From: Pseudomonadota bacterium
GTDB lineage: Bacteria; Pseudomonadota; Alphaproteobacteria; Sphingomonadales; Sphingomonadaceae
Assembly: GCA_029550345.1 (NCBI GenBank)
Contig: JAKPHK010000076.1
Location: forward strand, 724 to 64,723
Length of the DNA stretch: 64,000 bases
Direction of reading: 5' to 3'
Numbering within the stretch: position 1 is the first letter of the stretch; every line of letters begins with the position of its first letter. Of the stretch, positions 28,898 through 38,786 are shown in pieces. Both the position numbers and the translations under genes were made by a program. The notes beneath the pieces were generated by a model. It ran no database searches. It was given only the letters and a program-made list of their open reading frames with translations, and was not told the DNA's origin.

Positions 28898-29767
28898 CTA
28901 TTGCAGCCGGGTCACCTTGTAGCCTTTGGCGGCAAGAAGCGCCGGAAGGCCGTCCTTGCCTGCAAGATGCGCTGCGCCAACCGCGACGAACGGCTTGGCA
29001 CCGCCGCCCATTATCGTCTCGAGCCTGGCTATCCACATCAGGTTGCGCCGGGTCAGCAGCGCATCACGCAGCTGGTCCTGTCCCGCGAAATCGCCATCGG
29101 TTGCCTTGGCAATGAAATCCATATCGCCGCTGGCCCAGGCCGCCTGCAACTTCTGGAGTTTTTCCTTGAGATGAGGGCTTTCCATCAGCGTGTCCACCAG
29201 CAGTACACGCTGCTGCGCTTCCGGCAGGCCATCGAAAATCCGAAACTGCGCGGCGGCCCCTTCGAACTCTTCGGTCCGGCCCTTCCAGTCGCGAATAATC
29301 GCGCGGTCGATCCCGTTTTTGGCGTCGGCATCGCTGCGCGCACCCGCCGCCTGCTGAAACATCAGCGCGGCCGCCCAGGTTTCGAAATGATCGAGTTCGC
29401 GCCCGCGGTAGCCGGATTGGCGCATCTCTCCCGCCAGCTCGTCACGCAAGTCGGGCGGAACGCGCTCGGCCAACGGGGGCAGGCCTTCCGACTGGGCCAG
29501 ACGGGCAAAGGCCTCCTCGGTCTTCTCGGAATAGAGCAGCGATGCCACTTCAAGGACCAGCAGGTCCGATGCCTTCATCGCCTCGGCGACCTTGGCGGAT
29601 TTCCAGGCCACCGGCTCGGGCAGGGCGTGGATCGTGCCAAACAGCCAGGCCTTTTCGCCCTTGGGCCCTTCAACCTGCCACAGCGCGGGTTTGACTTCCT
29701 GAGGTGCGCTGGAGCAGCCGACCAGAGCCAGCCCCAACAGCAGCGCGATAAAGAGCCTATTGAACAC
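28898..29767 (-). other. TraB/GumN family lipoprotein
   Basis: Lipobox LVGC; PALW, LFGTIHALP, RRN..W, FVAVGAAHL. Confidence 0.9.
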
Positions 29768-30680
29768 GGGCGCTCCTTATCCCTGCGCGGTCGAGAAATT
29801 CCTGCACACTGTTGTTGCCGCCAAGGTGGCCGGCACCGACCGCGATGAAGACCGTGCCGGGCTGATCGAGCCGCTTGTCGATCCATACCGCCCAGTTGCG
29901 GTTCCGCTGGGTCAGCAGAGCGTCATAGAGCACCGGATCGTCGGTTTCGGCATTGAGCAGCGCGGCCAGGCTATCGACATCGCCCTTGGCCCAGGCATCG
30001 ACCATCTTCTGGATATCCTGGGTCATGGTCGGCAAGGCGTCGATCACCGCGAACAGATAGGCTTTCTGCACCTCGGGCGGCAGGCTATCGAAGATGCCGA
30101 GCTGATAATCGAGCGTTTCCAGCCCGATGCGCGGACGTCCGAGATCCTTGTTGCGCTTGTCGAGCTGGTTCTCGATCCCGTTTTCCATCGAGTAGCCCGC
30201 CTTCTGCAGCGGGAAGATCGCCAAGGCCATCGATGCGAACCACGGCTTGTACCGATCGAACACCGCCGGGGGCAGGCCCATCGTGGCCATCGCGGATTCG
30301 TACTTGCCGCGTTCCTCTGCACTCATCAGTCCGCGCAGCGACTGCCCTTGCGGCAGGGTGCCATGCTTGAGGGTCATGGCGATCGTCTCGGCTTCGGGAA
30401 CCTCGGGGATTTCCGTGACGAGAATGTCCGCCTTTTCAAAGGCATTGGCGACCGGCCCGTCGAACCATTCGATTCCCTTCGGGAGCAGGTGGATCGTGCC
30501 GAACAGGTAGATCGTGGTGTCCGCATCGGAAATCTTCCACAGTGCGGGTTTGGCGATGACCGGCGCCGGGACAGCCTCAACCTTTTGCGGGGTCGGCACA
30601 CTTTGCTGGGCCAGCGTGGCCGGGCCAAGGAAAGCGGCAGTGAGGGCAAGCGGGGCGATGAACGATTTGAATAAACGCAT
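29757..30680 (-). CDS. TraB/GumN family protein
   Basis: Signal peptide; [39 protein letters not shown]. Confidence 0.92.
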   Translation of the reverse strand: MRLFKSFIAPLALTAAFLGPATLAQQSVPTPQKVEAVPAPVIAKPALWKISDADTTIYLFGTIHLLPKGIEWFDGPVANAFEKADILVTEIPEVPEAETIAMTLKHGTLPQGQSLRGLMSAEERGKYESAMATMGLPPAVFDRYKPWFASMALAIFPLQKAGYSMENGIENQLDKRNKDLGRPRIGLETLDYQLGIFDSLPPEVQKAYLFAVIDALPTMTQDIQKMVDAWAKGDVDSLAALLNAETDDPVLYDALLTQRNRNWAVWIDKRLDQPGTVFIAVGAGHLGGNNSVQEFLDRAGIRSARVQ

Positions 30681-30770
30681 GAACCGGGTTCTAGCGAGGC
30701 ATTCAATGCCAGTCGATCACCATTCTGCGATATTGACCATGCCCGGCCCTTCGGTCAAAGGCCCGAAGCC

Positions 30771-31673
30771 ATGAGCGACACTTCTCAGCCCCTATCCTTT
30801 CAGGACATGATCCTGCGGCTCCATGCCTTCTGGAGCGCGCAAGGCTGCCTGATCCTGCAACCTTACGATATGCGCGTGGGGGCGGGGACATTCCACCCGG
30901 CGACCACGCTGCGCAGCCTGGGTCCGCAGCCGTGGAATGCCGCCTATGTCCAGCCGAGCCGCCGCCCGACCGACGGCCGCTATGGCGAGAACCCCAACCG
31001 GCTGCAGCACTATTACCAGTATCAGGTGATCATGAAGCCGAGCCCGGCGAACCTGCAGGAACTTTACCTGCAATCACTGGGCGAAATCGGGGTCGATCCG
31101 CTGGCCCACGACATCCGCTTTGTCGAGGATGACTGGGAAAGCCCGACACTGGGCGCCTGGGGGCTGGGCTGGGAAGTCTGGTGCGACGGGATGGAGGTGA
31201 CTCAGTTCACCTATTTCCAGCAGATGGGCGGATTTGATTGCAAGCCGGTCGCGGGCGAACTGACCTATGGGCTGGAACGTCTGGCGATGTACATCCAGGG
31301 TGTCGATAACGTTTATGACCTGGCCTTCAACAGCGCCGGGGTTACCTATGGCGAAGTGTTCCTGAAGAACGAGCAGGAATTCTCCAAATGGAACTTCGAA
31401 GTGGCTGATACCGACCAGCTGTTCCAGGGCTTCCGCAATGCCGAGGCCGAATGCCAGCGCTGTATCGAGGCAGAGGTTCCGCTCGCTGCCTATGACCAGG
31501 CGATCGAGGCCAGCCACCTGTTCAACCTGCTGCAGGCGCGCGGCGTGATCTCTGTGCAGGAGCGCGCCAGCTACATGGGCCGGGTCCGTGATCTGGCCAA
31601 AGGCAGCTGCCAGGCCTGGATCGAAAAGAACAAGGACCAATGGGCCAAGGACTATCCGGAGTGGAGCCTGTGA
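30771..31673 (+). CDS. glyQ: Glycine--tRNA ligase alpha subunit
   Basis: [51 protein letters not shown]. Confidence 0.98.
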   Translation: MSDTSQPLSFQDMILRLHAFWSAQGCLILQPYDMRVGAGTFHPATTLRSLGPQPWNAAYVQPSRRPTDGRYGENPNRLQHYYQYQVIMKPSPANLQELYLQSLGEIGVDPLAHDIRFVEDDWESPTLGAWGLGWEVWCDGMEVTQFTYFQQMGGFDCKPVAGELTYGLERLAMYIQGVDNVYDLAFNSAGVTYGEVFLKNEQEFSKWNFEVADTDQLFQGFRNAEAECQRCIEAEVPLAAYDQAIEASHLFNLLQARGVISVQERASYMGRVRDLAKGSCQAWIEKNKDQWAKDYPEWSL

Positions 31674-31702
31674 GCGACAGTCTTGACGCAGGCGCGACCA
31701 CT

Positions 31703-34168
31703 ATGACGCGCGATTTCCTTCTCGAACTCCGCAGCGAGGAAATCCCCGCCCGGATGCAGGCCGGGGCCCGCGCTGATCTGGAACGGCTGTTCCGTAAGGC
31801 GATGGACGAGGCCGGGGTTGCGCTGGGTGAGTTGACTGTCTGGTCCACCCCGCGCCGCCTGGCGCTGATCGCGCGCGGCCTGCCTGCGGCGACCGCTGCG
31901 GTCAGTGAAGAAATCAAGGGCCCGCGCGTCGGCGCGCCGCCGCAGGCACTCGAGGGATTCCTGCGCAAGACCGGTCTGGCCGAGGGTGATCTGGTCGAAC
32001 GGGACGGCGTGCTCTATGCCGTGATCGACAAGCCGGGCCGCGCCACTGCCGAGGTGATCGCAGAGGCGATACCAGCCCTGATCCGCGCCTTCCCCTGGCC
32101 CAAGAGCCAGCGCTGGGGCGCTGCGTCGATCAGCACCGAAAGCCTGCGCTGGGTCCGCCCCCTGTCCGAAATCATCGCGCTGCTGGACGGCGAAGTGGTG
32201 CCCTTCGAAATTGATGGGATCGCCGCTGGCCGGACTACGCGCGGGCATCGTTTTCATTCGCACGGCGCGATCGAAATCGCCGGTGCGGACGACTATGCCG
32301 AGAAACTGCGCGCCGCCCACGTGATCGTCGATCATGAGGAGCGCCAGGACCTGATCCGCGAACAGGCCGCTGCTGCCGCCCATGCCGAAGGGCTGGTGCT
32401 GGTCGCCGATGAGGGGCTGGTGGTGGAGAACGCCGGGCTGACCGAATGGCCGGTGCCGCTGCTCGGCCGCTTTGACGAGGCGTTCCTCGCTGTCCCGCCC
32501 GAAGTGATCCAGCTCACCGCGCGGACCAACCAGAAGTACTTCATCTGCCGTGAACCCGCGGGCGAGGGGGAAGAGCAGGGGCGCCTTGCCAATGCCTTCG
32601 TCTGTACCGCCAATATCGTCGCGCTTGATGGCGGCGCAGCGATTGTTGCGGGCAACCGCAAGGTCCTCGCCGCACGGCTGAGCGATGCGCGGTTCTTCTG
32701 GGAACAGGACCAGAAAAAGACGCTGGAACAGCACGCTGAAAAACTGGCGCGGATTACTTTCCATGAGAAGCTGGGCAGCGTCGCCGACAAGGTTGAGCGG
32801 GTCGCCAAGCTGGCACGGTGGCTGGTTGAGGAAGGGATAATCCTCCCCGAAACGGGGAGGGGGACCAGCGGAGCTGGTGGAGGGGCACGCGCAAGTGATC
32901 CCGACATTGCTGGTCGGCACCCTCACGAACACTCGCCTGTACCCCTCCACCATCCTGCGGATGGTCCCCCTCCCCGTGCCGGGGAGGAGCTTTCACTCGC
33001 CGATCAGGCCGAACTGGCCGCACGGCTGTGCAAGGCCGACCTCGTCACCGAAATGGTCGGCGAATTCCCCGAACTGCAAGGCCTGATGGGTGGCTACTAT
33101 GCCCGCGCCGAAGGCCTGCCCGATGCCGTGGCCGACGCGATCCGCGATCATTACAAGCCGGTCGGGCAGGGCGATGAGGTGCCGACTGCGCCGGTGACGG
33201 TGGCGGTGGCTCTGGCGGATAAGCTGGATACGCTGGCGGCATTCTTTGCGGTCGATGAGAAGCCGACCGGTTCAAAAGATCCTTTTGCGCTCCGTCGTGC
33301 AGCAATCGCAGTGATCAATTTGATCGTTCAGAATAACCTTAGGCTGTCATTGAGCCTAACTGCCTACGCGGCGGGCTTGGCTGCATCGCTTGACGGTAGG
33401 AATGACCCGAACCTGCTTCTAGGCAGAATTTATGAGGCGCTGGCTTCGACACGAAGCGATAGAAGGATCGAATCAGAACTCTCAAGCTCGCTACTTTATA
33501 CGGTGGTTGAGAATGCAAATTTCAGTTTGGTTCAGACCAAAGAGCATGTCGCGACAGCAGCAACCGATTGTCTAGATTTCATCATCGACCGTCTCAAGGT
33601 CCAGCAGCGCGAAGCGGGCGTCCGCCACGATCTGATCGACGCGGTCTTCGCGCTCGGCGGGGAGGATGATCTGGTCCGCCTGCTGGCCCGCGTCCACGCG
33701 CTGCAAGGCTTCATCGGCACCGAAGACGGCGCCAATCTACTGGCCGGATACAAGCGTGCCGCCAATATCCTCAAGAAGGAAGGCTTCACCCAAGATCGTC
33801 ACCCCGGACTTGATCCGGGGTCCCGCTTGACGGCGGGCGCGGAAGAAGGGAGCGGGACCCTGGGTCAAGCCCGGGGGGACGGGGATGTTGGCGAGATAGA
33901 GCTTTCCTACACGCCCGATCCGGCGGAAAAGGTGCTGATCGATGCGCTCGATGCAGCCGGGCCCAAGGCTGCCGAGGCGGTTGCGGCAGAGGACTTTGCC
34001 GCTGCCATGGCGGCACTGGCAGCGTTGCGTGCACCGATCGATGCCTTTTTCGAATCTGTGACGGTCAACGATGCCGATCCCGCCAAACGCCAGTACCGCC
34101 TTTCGTTGCTCGCACGGCTGCGCGATGCGGTTCGCGGCGTGGCCGATTTCTCAAAGATCGAGGGCTGA
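31703..34168 (+). CDS. glyS: Glycine--tRNA ligase beta subunit with three in-frame insertions
   Basis: FLLELRSEEIPARMQ, TPRRL, WPKSQRW, ARLSDARFF, EFPELQG, GSKDPFALRRAA; alternative GTG start at 31670. Confidence 0.96.
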   Translation: MTRDFLLELRSEEIPARMQAGARADLERLFRKAMDEAGVALGELTVWSTPRRLALIARGLPAATAAVSEEIKGPRVGAPPQALEGFLRKTGLAEGDLVERDGVLYAVIDKPGRATAEVIAEAIPALIRAFPWPKSQRWGAASISTESLRWVRPLSEIIALLDGEVVPFEIDGIAAGRTTRGHRFHSHGAIEIAGADDYAEKLRAAHVIVDHEERQDLIREQAAAAAHAEGLVLVADEGLVVENAGLTEWPVPLLGRFDEAFLAVPPEVIQLTARTNQKYFICREPAGEGEEQGRLANAFVCTANIVALDGGAAIVAGNRKVLAARLSDARFFWEQDQKKTLEQHAEKLARITFHEKLGSVADKVERVAKLARWLVEEGIILPETGRGTSGAGGGARASDPDIAGRHPHEHSPVPLHHPADGPPPRAGEELSLADQAELAARLCKADLVTEMVGEFPELQGLMGGYYARAEGLPDAVADAIRDHYKPVGQGDEVPTAPVTVAVALADKLDTLAAFFAVDEKPTGSKDPFALRRAAIAVINLIVQNNLRLSLSLTAYAAGLAASLDGRNDPNLLLGRIYEALASTRSDRRIESELSSSLLYTVVENANFSLVQTKEHVATAATDCLDFIIDRLKVQQREAGVRHDLIDAVFALGGEDDLVRLLARVHALQGFIGTEDGANLLAGYKRAANILKKEGFTQDRHPGLDPGSRLTAGAEEGSGTLGQARGDGDVGEIELSYTPDPAEKVLIDALDAAGPKAAEAVAAEDFAAAMAALAALRAPIDAFFESVTVNDADPAKRQYRLSLLARLRDAVRGVADFSKIEG
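32841..32988. repeat. Palindromic REP-pair element inserted in frame in glyS
   Basis: TCCTCCCCGAAACGGGGAGGGGGACCA..TGGTGGAGGGG inverted against CCCCTCCACCA..TGGTCCCCCTCCCCGTGCCGGGGAGGA. Confidence 0.85.
33797..33881. repeat. Second-family palindromic element (RPE-like) inserted in frame in glyS
   Basis: CGTCACCCCGGACTTGATCCGGGGTCCCGCT against inverted AGCGGGACCCTGGGTCAAGCCCGGGGGGACG (27/31 match). Confidence 0.85.
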
Positions 34169-34224
34169 TTTATTCGCCCCCTGGACTGTGGTCCAAGTGG
34201 TCCATGGTCCGGGTCCGGCATTGC

Positions 34225-34236
34225 TGCACCGCACAA
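34225..34236 (+). promoter_or_regulatory. Possible PhaR/AniA-type site upstream of ppdK
   Basis: TGCACCGCACAA fits the rhizobial PhaR consensus TGCRNYGCASMA as I recall it. Confidence 0.4.
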
Positions 34237-34321
34237 TGGGGCTGACACTGCCCGCGTCAGCGGCTAGGGCAATTTGCACACCGGCCCCGACTCGCCGGTT
34301 CTGTGAAACTGGCGGAATTCC

Positions 34322-36985
34322 ATGACTTCATACGTATTCACATTCGGTGGTGGCGCCTCCCATTCAGACCCGCGGGCCAAGGACAAGACGATCGTTGGCG
34401 GCAAGGGCGCAAATCTGGCGGAAATGGCCGGAATCGGCTTGCCGGTGCCCCCGGGCTTTACGATCACCACCGAGGAATGCGTCCGTTACCTCGCCGAAGG
34501 GGGGGACTTCTCCGACAGCGTAAAGGCCGAAGTTGCCGAGGCGCTGACCCATATCGAAAAGGCGGTCGGTAAGAAGTTCGGCGATGCAGCCGATCCGCTG
34601 CTGGTCTCGGTCCGCTCGGGCGCACGGGTTTCGATGCCGGGGATGATGGATACCGTGCTCAACCTCGGCCTCAATGACGCGACTGTGCAGGGCCTTGCCG
34701 CCAGTTCGGGCGATGAACGCTTCGCCTGGGACAGCTACCGCCGCTTCATCCAGATGTATTCCGATGTGGTGCTGGGACTTGACCACCACCTGTTCGAAGA
34801 CGCGCTGGAGATCGCCAAGGAAGATGCCGGCTACTACGCCGATGTCGAAATGCAGGCTGATGACTGGAAGGCGATCGTCAAGGAATACAAGGGGATTGCA
34901 GAAGCCGAGCTTGGCCACCCGTTTCCCCAGGACCCGATCGAACAGCTGTGGGGCGCGATCCGCGCGGTGTTCGACAGCTGGGATTCGGATCGGGCCAAGG
35001 TCTATCGCCGCCTCAACGACATTCCGGGTGACTGGGGCACAGCGGTCAACGTCCAGGCAATGGTCTTCGGCAACATGGGCGATACCAGCGCCACCGGCGT
35101 CGCCTTTACCCGCGATCCGGCAACCGGCGAAAAGGCCTATTACGGTGAATGGCTGGTCAATGCCCAGGGCGAAGACGTGGTCGCGGGGATCCGCACCCCG
35201 CAATACCTGACCAAGGCCAGCCGGGAACGCGCCGGGGCCAAGCCGCTTTCGATGGAAGAGGCGATGCCCGATGCCTACGGTGAACTCGCGGCGGTGTTCG
35301 AGCTGCTCGAAAAGCATTACCGCGATATGCAGGACATCGAGTTCACGGTGGAACGCGGGCACTTGTGGATGCTCCAGACCCGTTCTGGCAAGCGCACCGC
35401 CAAGGCCGCGCTCAAGATGGCGGTCGATATGGTCGGCGAAGGCCTGATCGACGAGCGCACTGCGATCCTGCGGGTCGATCCGATGGCGCTCGATCAGCTG
35501 CTGCACCCCACACTCGATCCCGAAGCGCCGCGCGATGTGCTGACCAGCGGGTTGCCCGCCAGCCCCGGCGCGGCATCGGGCGCGATCGTGCTTGATGCCG
35601 ATACCGCCGAAAAGCGCGCCTCTATGGGTGAGGCGGTGATCCTGGTACGGGTAGAGACCAGCCCCGAAGACATTCACGGGATGCATGCCGCCAAGGGCAT
35701 CCTGACCGCGCGCGGCGGGATGACCAGCCACGCCGCCGTTGTCGCGCGCGGGATGGGCCGCCCCTGCGTTTCAGGGGCCAGCGCGGTTTCGATCGACATG
35801 GCTGGCCGCACGCTGAAGATCGGCGGGCGCGAACTGAAGGAAGGCGATCAGATCACGCTCGATGGCAGCACCGGTGAGGTGATGGCCGGGCACGTCCCGA
35901 CGATCGAGCCGGAACTGGTCGGAGACTTCGGCGTATTGATGGGCTGGGCCGACCAGCACCGCCGGATGAAGGTACGCACCAATGCCGAGACCCCGGCCGA
36001 TTGCCGCACCGCGCGGCAGTTCGGTGCAGAAGGCGTCGGTCTGTGCCGGACCGAGCATATGTTCTTTGACAACACCCGGATCGCCGCCGTGCGCCAGATG
36101 ATCCTGGCCGAGGACGAAGCCGGTCGCCGCGCCGCGCTGAGCAAATTGTTGCCTGAGCAGCGCGCCGATTTCCACGCGATCTTCGAAGTGATGGCGGGCC
36201 TTCCGGTAACGATCCGTCTGCTGGATCCGCCGCTGCACGAGTTCTTGCCGCACAGCGACGCCGAGTTTGACGAGCTGTCCGAGGCGATCGGGATCGGCGT
36301 GCCGACCCTGAAGCGCCGGGCGGATGAACTGCACGAATTCAACCCGATGCTGGGCCATCGCGGTTGCCGTCTGGGGATAACCTTCCCCGAGATCTATGAA
36401 ATGCAGGCCCGCGCGATTTTTGAAGCGGCCTGCGATGTCGAGGCACAGGACGGCATCGCCGTGGTGCCTGAGATCATGATCCCGCTGGTCGCCACCAAGA
36501 AGGAACTGGCGCTGCTGAAGGCGCTGGTCGATCGCACCGCGGCGGCGGTCTTCGCCGAAAAGGGCCGGACTCTGGCCTATCACGTCGGGACCATGATCGA
36601 GCTGCCGCGCGCCGCGCTGATGGCCGGGGAAATCGCCGAAGAGGGCGAATTCTTCTCGTTCGGCACCAATGACCTGACCCAGACCACGCTGGGCGTCAGC
36701 CGCGACGATGCTGCGAAATTCCTTGGGCCCTACGTGGAGCAAGGCATTTTCGCGCGCGATCCCTTCGTCAGCCTTGACGTCGAAGGCGTCGGCCAGCTGG
36801 TCGAGTTGGCGGCGGAGCGCGGGCGCAAGACCCGCCCGGGGATCAAGCTGGGGATCTGCGGCGAACATGGCGGCGATCCGGCCTCGATCACGTTCTGCGA
36901 AAAGGTTGGGCTCGATTACGTCAGCGCCAGCCCCTACCGCGTGCCGATCGCCCGGCTCGCAGCGGCACAGGCAGCGCTGGGGTAA
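34322..36985 (+). CDS. ppdK: Pyruvate, phosphate dikinase
   Basis: GGKGANLAEM, SMPGMMDT, GGMTSHAAVVARG phospho-His, GLCRTEHMF, FSFGTNDLTQ, GICGEHGG. Confidence 0.98.
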   Translation: MTSYVFTFGGGASHSDPRAKDKTIVGGKGANLAEMAGIGLPVPPGFTITTEECVRYLAEGGDFSDSVKAEVAEALTHIEKAVGKKFGDAADPLLVSVRSGARVSMPGMMDTVLNLGLNDATVQGLAASSGDERFAWDSYRRFIQMYSDVVLGLDHHLFEDALEIAKEDAGYYADVEMQADDWKAIVKEYKGIAEAELGHPFPQDPIEQLWGAIRAVFDSWDSDRAKVYRRLNDIPGDWGTAVNVQAMVFGNMGDTSATGVAFTRDPATGEKAYYGEWLVNAQGEDVVAGIRTPQYLTKASRERAGAKPLSMEEAMPDAYGELAAVFELLEKHYRDMQDIEFTVERGHLWMLQTRSGKRTAKAALKMAVDMVGEGLIDERTAILRVDPMALDQLLHPTLDPEAPRDVLTSGLPASPGAASGAIVLDADTAEKRASMGEAVILVRVETSPEDIHGMHAAKGILTARGGMTSHAAVVARGMGRPCVSGASAVSIDMAGRTLKIGGRELKEGDQITLDGSTGEVMAGHVPTIEPELVGDFGVLMGWADQHRRMKVRTNAETPADCRTARQFGAEGVGLCRTEHMFFDNTRIAAVRQMILAEDEAGRRAALSKLLPEQRADFHAIFEVMAGLPVTIRLLDPPLHEFLPHSDAEFDELSEAIGIGVPTLKRRADELHEFNPMLGHRGCRLGITFPEIYEMQARAIFEAACDVEAQDGIAVVPEIMIPLVATKKELALLKALVDRTAAAVFAEKGRTLAYHVGTMIELPRAALMAGEIAEEGEFFSFGTNDLTQTTLGVSRDDAAKFLGPYVEQGIFARDPFVSLDVEGVGQLVELAAERGRKTRPGIKLGICGEHGGDPASITFCEKVGLDYVSASPYRVPIARLAAAQAALG

Positions 36986-36995
36986 GCAGCAGGGC

Positions 36996-37739
36996 CTAGC
37001 GTCTCCAACCGGTCAGGGTCAGGATTTCGAAGCTCTCGACCCGGCCGGTCCCGAACGCTGACGATGCCCGGGCGATGGCGGCCTTGCCCAGCGGCGGGCC
37101 GGGGTCGGCCAGGCAGTTGCTCAGCGCCTGGGCGCGCAGATCGGCGATCAGGCTGGCGAGGCTGGAGAAGCGCACGTCTAGGCGGCGGCTGTCAACCACC
37201 GGGTCGGCCCATCCGGCACGCTGGAGAAGCTGACCGCCCGCCCGCACATCGACCGCCGGGTGCAGCCGTGGGGCGGGGCGATCGCCATCGGCAGCCAGCA
37301 TGGCGGCGCGCAGTTCGGGCAGGCTCCCGGCGCCGACAAAGCTAGCCAGCGCGAGGCCGCCCGGCGCCAGTGCGCCACGGATATGGATCAGCGCACCGGG
37401 CAGGTCGTTGACCGTATCGAGCGAGGACAGATTGGCGATCAGGTCAAACCCGCCATGCGGGTAGGGGGCCTCATCGTTGAAGCCCTCGGCCGGATCAGCC
37501 GCGCTGACTGCACAGCCCCGCTCACGCAGCGCGGCGGCAAGTGTACCGGTGCGATCGCCGATGATCAGCGCGGTGGCAGCCTCATGCCGCAAGAAGGCGA
37601 GGCGTTCGATCACGTCCTCAACCATGTCATCAAGCACATAGCGCGCCGCGCCGGGCAGGTGCTGCAAGCGCGAGGCGCGTCGGCGGGCAGCCAGACGGCG
37701 TTGGGACGAGAAGATACGGGGAGGGCTGGGCTGGTTCAC
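36996..37739 (-). CDS. SAM-dependent methyltransferase-like protein (BioC/NDUFAF5-like)
   Basis: VNDLPGALIHIR..LAPGG, L.ELR, LLQRAGW..PVVD; divergent from comF as is usual in alphaproteobacteria. Confidence 0.82.
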   Translation of the reverse strand: MNQPSPPRIFSSQRRLAARRRASRLQHLPGAARYVLDDMVEDVIERLAFLRHEAATALIIGDRTGTLAAALRERGCAVSAADPAEGFNDEAPYPHGGFDLIANLSSLDTVNDLPGALIHIRGALAPGGLALASFVGAGSLPELRAAMLAADGDRPAPRLHPAVDVRAGGQLLQRAGWADPVVDSRRLDVRFSSLASLIADLRAQALSNCLADPGPPLGKAAIARASSAFGTGRVESFEILTLTGWRR

Positions 37740-37791
37740 CAAATCGCCCTGCCTTGCGCCGGGCGGGCTGGCAAGCGATACCCTGCCATCA

Positions 37792-38535
37792 ATGCGCCTG
37801 CATCCGCTCCTCGTCCCGGTCGCCGATTTGATCTTCCCGCCGCGCTGCCCGCTGTGCGGAGAAGCAATCGCCGCGCAGTCCGGACTTTGTGGGCGCTGCT
37901 GGGGTGAACTAGCGATTCCCGGTGAACCGGCCTGCCCCAGCTGCCAGCGGCCACTGGGGGAAGGCATGGCTGCGGGCACGATCTGTGCGGTCTGCCTGGC
38001 CGATCCGCCGCGCCATGACGGTATCGCGGCGGGCACACTCTATAACGATGCCTCGCGGCGATTGATCCTTGCCCTGAAACACGGGCACCGCATCGCCCTA
38101 GCGCCGCTGCTGGCCCGGTTGATCCTTGCGCAACTGCCCGAGGAGGTGCGACCGGACTGGTTGATCGTTCCCGTTCCGCTGCACCGCTGGAGGCTCTGGA
38201 GCCGGGGCTTCAATCAAGCCGCATTGCTGGGCCATGAAGTCGCCAAGGCACGGGGCTGCACCATGCTGGTTGACGGGCTGATACGCACCAAACGGACCCC
38301 GCCGCTCGGCGGGCTCGGCAAATCAGCACGGGCCAGAACCTTGGCGGGCGCGATCCGGGTCAGTGCGAAACGCAGTCCGCAAATCAAGGGCGCAAAGGTG
38401 CTGCTGGTGGACGACGTGTTGACCAGCGGCGCCACGACTGCGGCCTGCATCTCAGCGCTGAAGCGGGCAGGGGCTGACAAGATCAGGATCGCCTGTTTCG
38501 CCCGAGTGCTCGACGAGGCGCTCGATCTGGTCTGA
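37792..38535 (+). CDS. comF: ComF-family phosphoribosyltransferase-like protein
   Basis: Zn ribbons CPLC/CGRC/CPSC/CAVC, VPVPLH, RGFNQA, LLVDDVLTSGAT. Confidence 0.92.
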   Translation: MRLHPLLVPVADLIFPPRCPLCGEAIAAQSGLCGRCWGELAIPGEPACPSCQRPLGEGMAAGTICAVCLADPPRHDGIAAGTLYNDASRRLILALKHGHRIALAPLLARLILAQLPEEVRPDWLIVPVPLHRWRLWSRGFNQAALLGHEVAKARGCTMLVDGLIRTKRTPPLGGLGKSARARTLAGAIRVSAKRSPQIKGAKVLLVDDVLTSGATTAACISALKRAGADKIRIACFARVLDEALDLV

Positions 38536-38745
38536 AAACGAAAACGCCCGGAGCCGAAGCTCCGGGCGTTCTCGTGACGAAACTCAATGGGCTTCCGCTT
38601 TTGCGGTTCGGCAAGCCCCCCTAGACTTGCCTCGCCCAATCCCTCATGCGGTGGGTGTCCCTGAACCCGGGCCATCGGCCGTCCGCACCCGCTCATTTCC
38701 CGAATCCGACCGGGAAGGAAAGGGCGATCCGCGTCGCGGCGTGTT
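38536..38745 (-). ncRNA. Unidentified structured ncRNA candidate (~200 nt)
   Basis: Multiple stems across the whole intergenic region, ending in terminator GAACGCCCGGAGC-TTCG-GCTCCGGGCGTTTT; boundaries approximate. Confidence 0.5.
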
Positions 38746-38786
38746 TTTGCTCGACATATGTGGTTATCTTGCAACAAGGGCCAACC

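Noticed and set aside
28898-30680. TraB/GumN pair as conjugation genes
   Set aside because: These are TIKI-like metalloprotease-family proteins in a core context; no T4SS or relaxase genes present.
33301-33580. glyS cassette as an intein or DGR variable region
   Set aside because: No intein terminal motifs (His-Asn followed by Cys/Ser/Thr), too short, and no template repeat or reverse transcriptase in the window.
37792-38535. comF as evidence of a competence locus
   Set aside because: ComF-like genes are widespread core genes; no other uptake genes are nearby.
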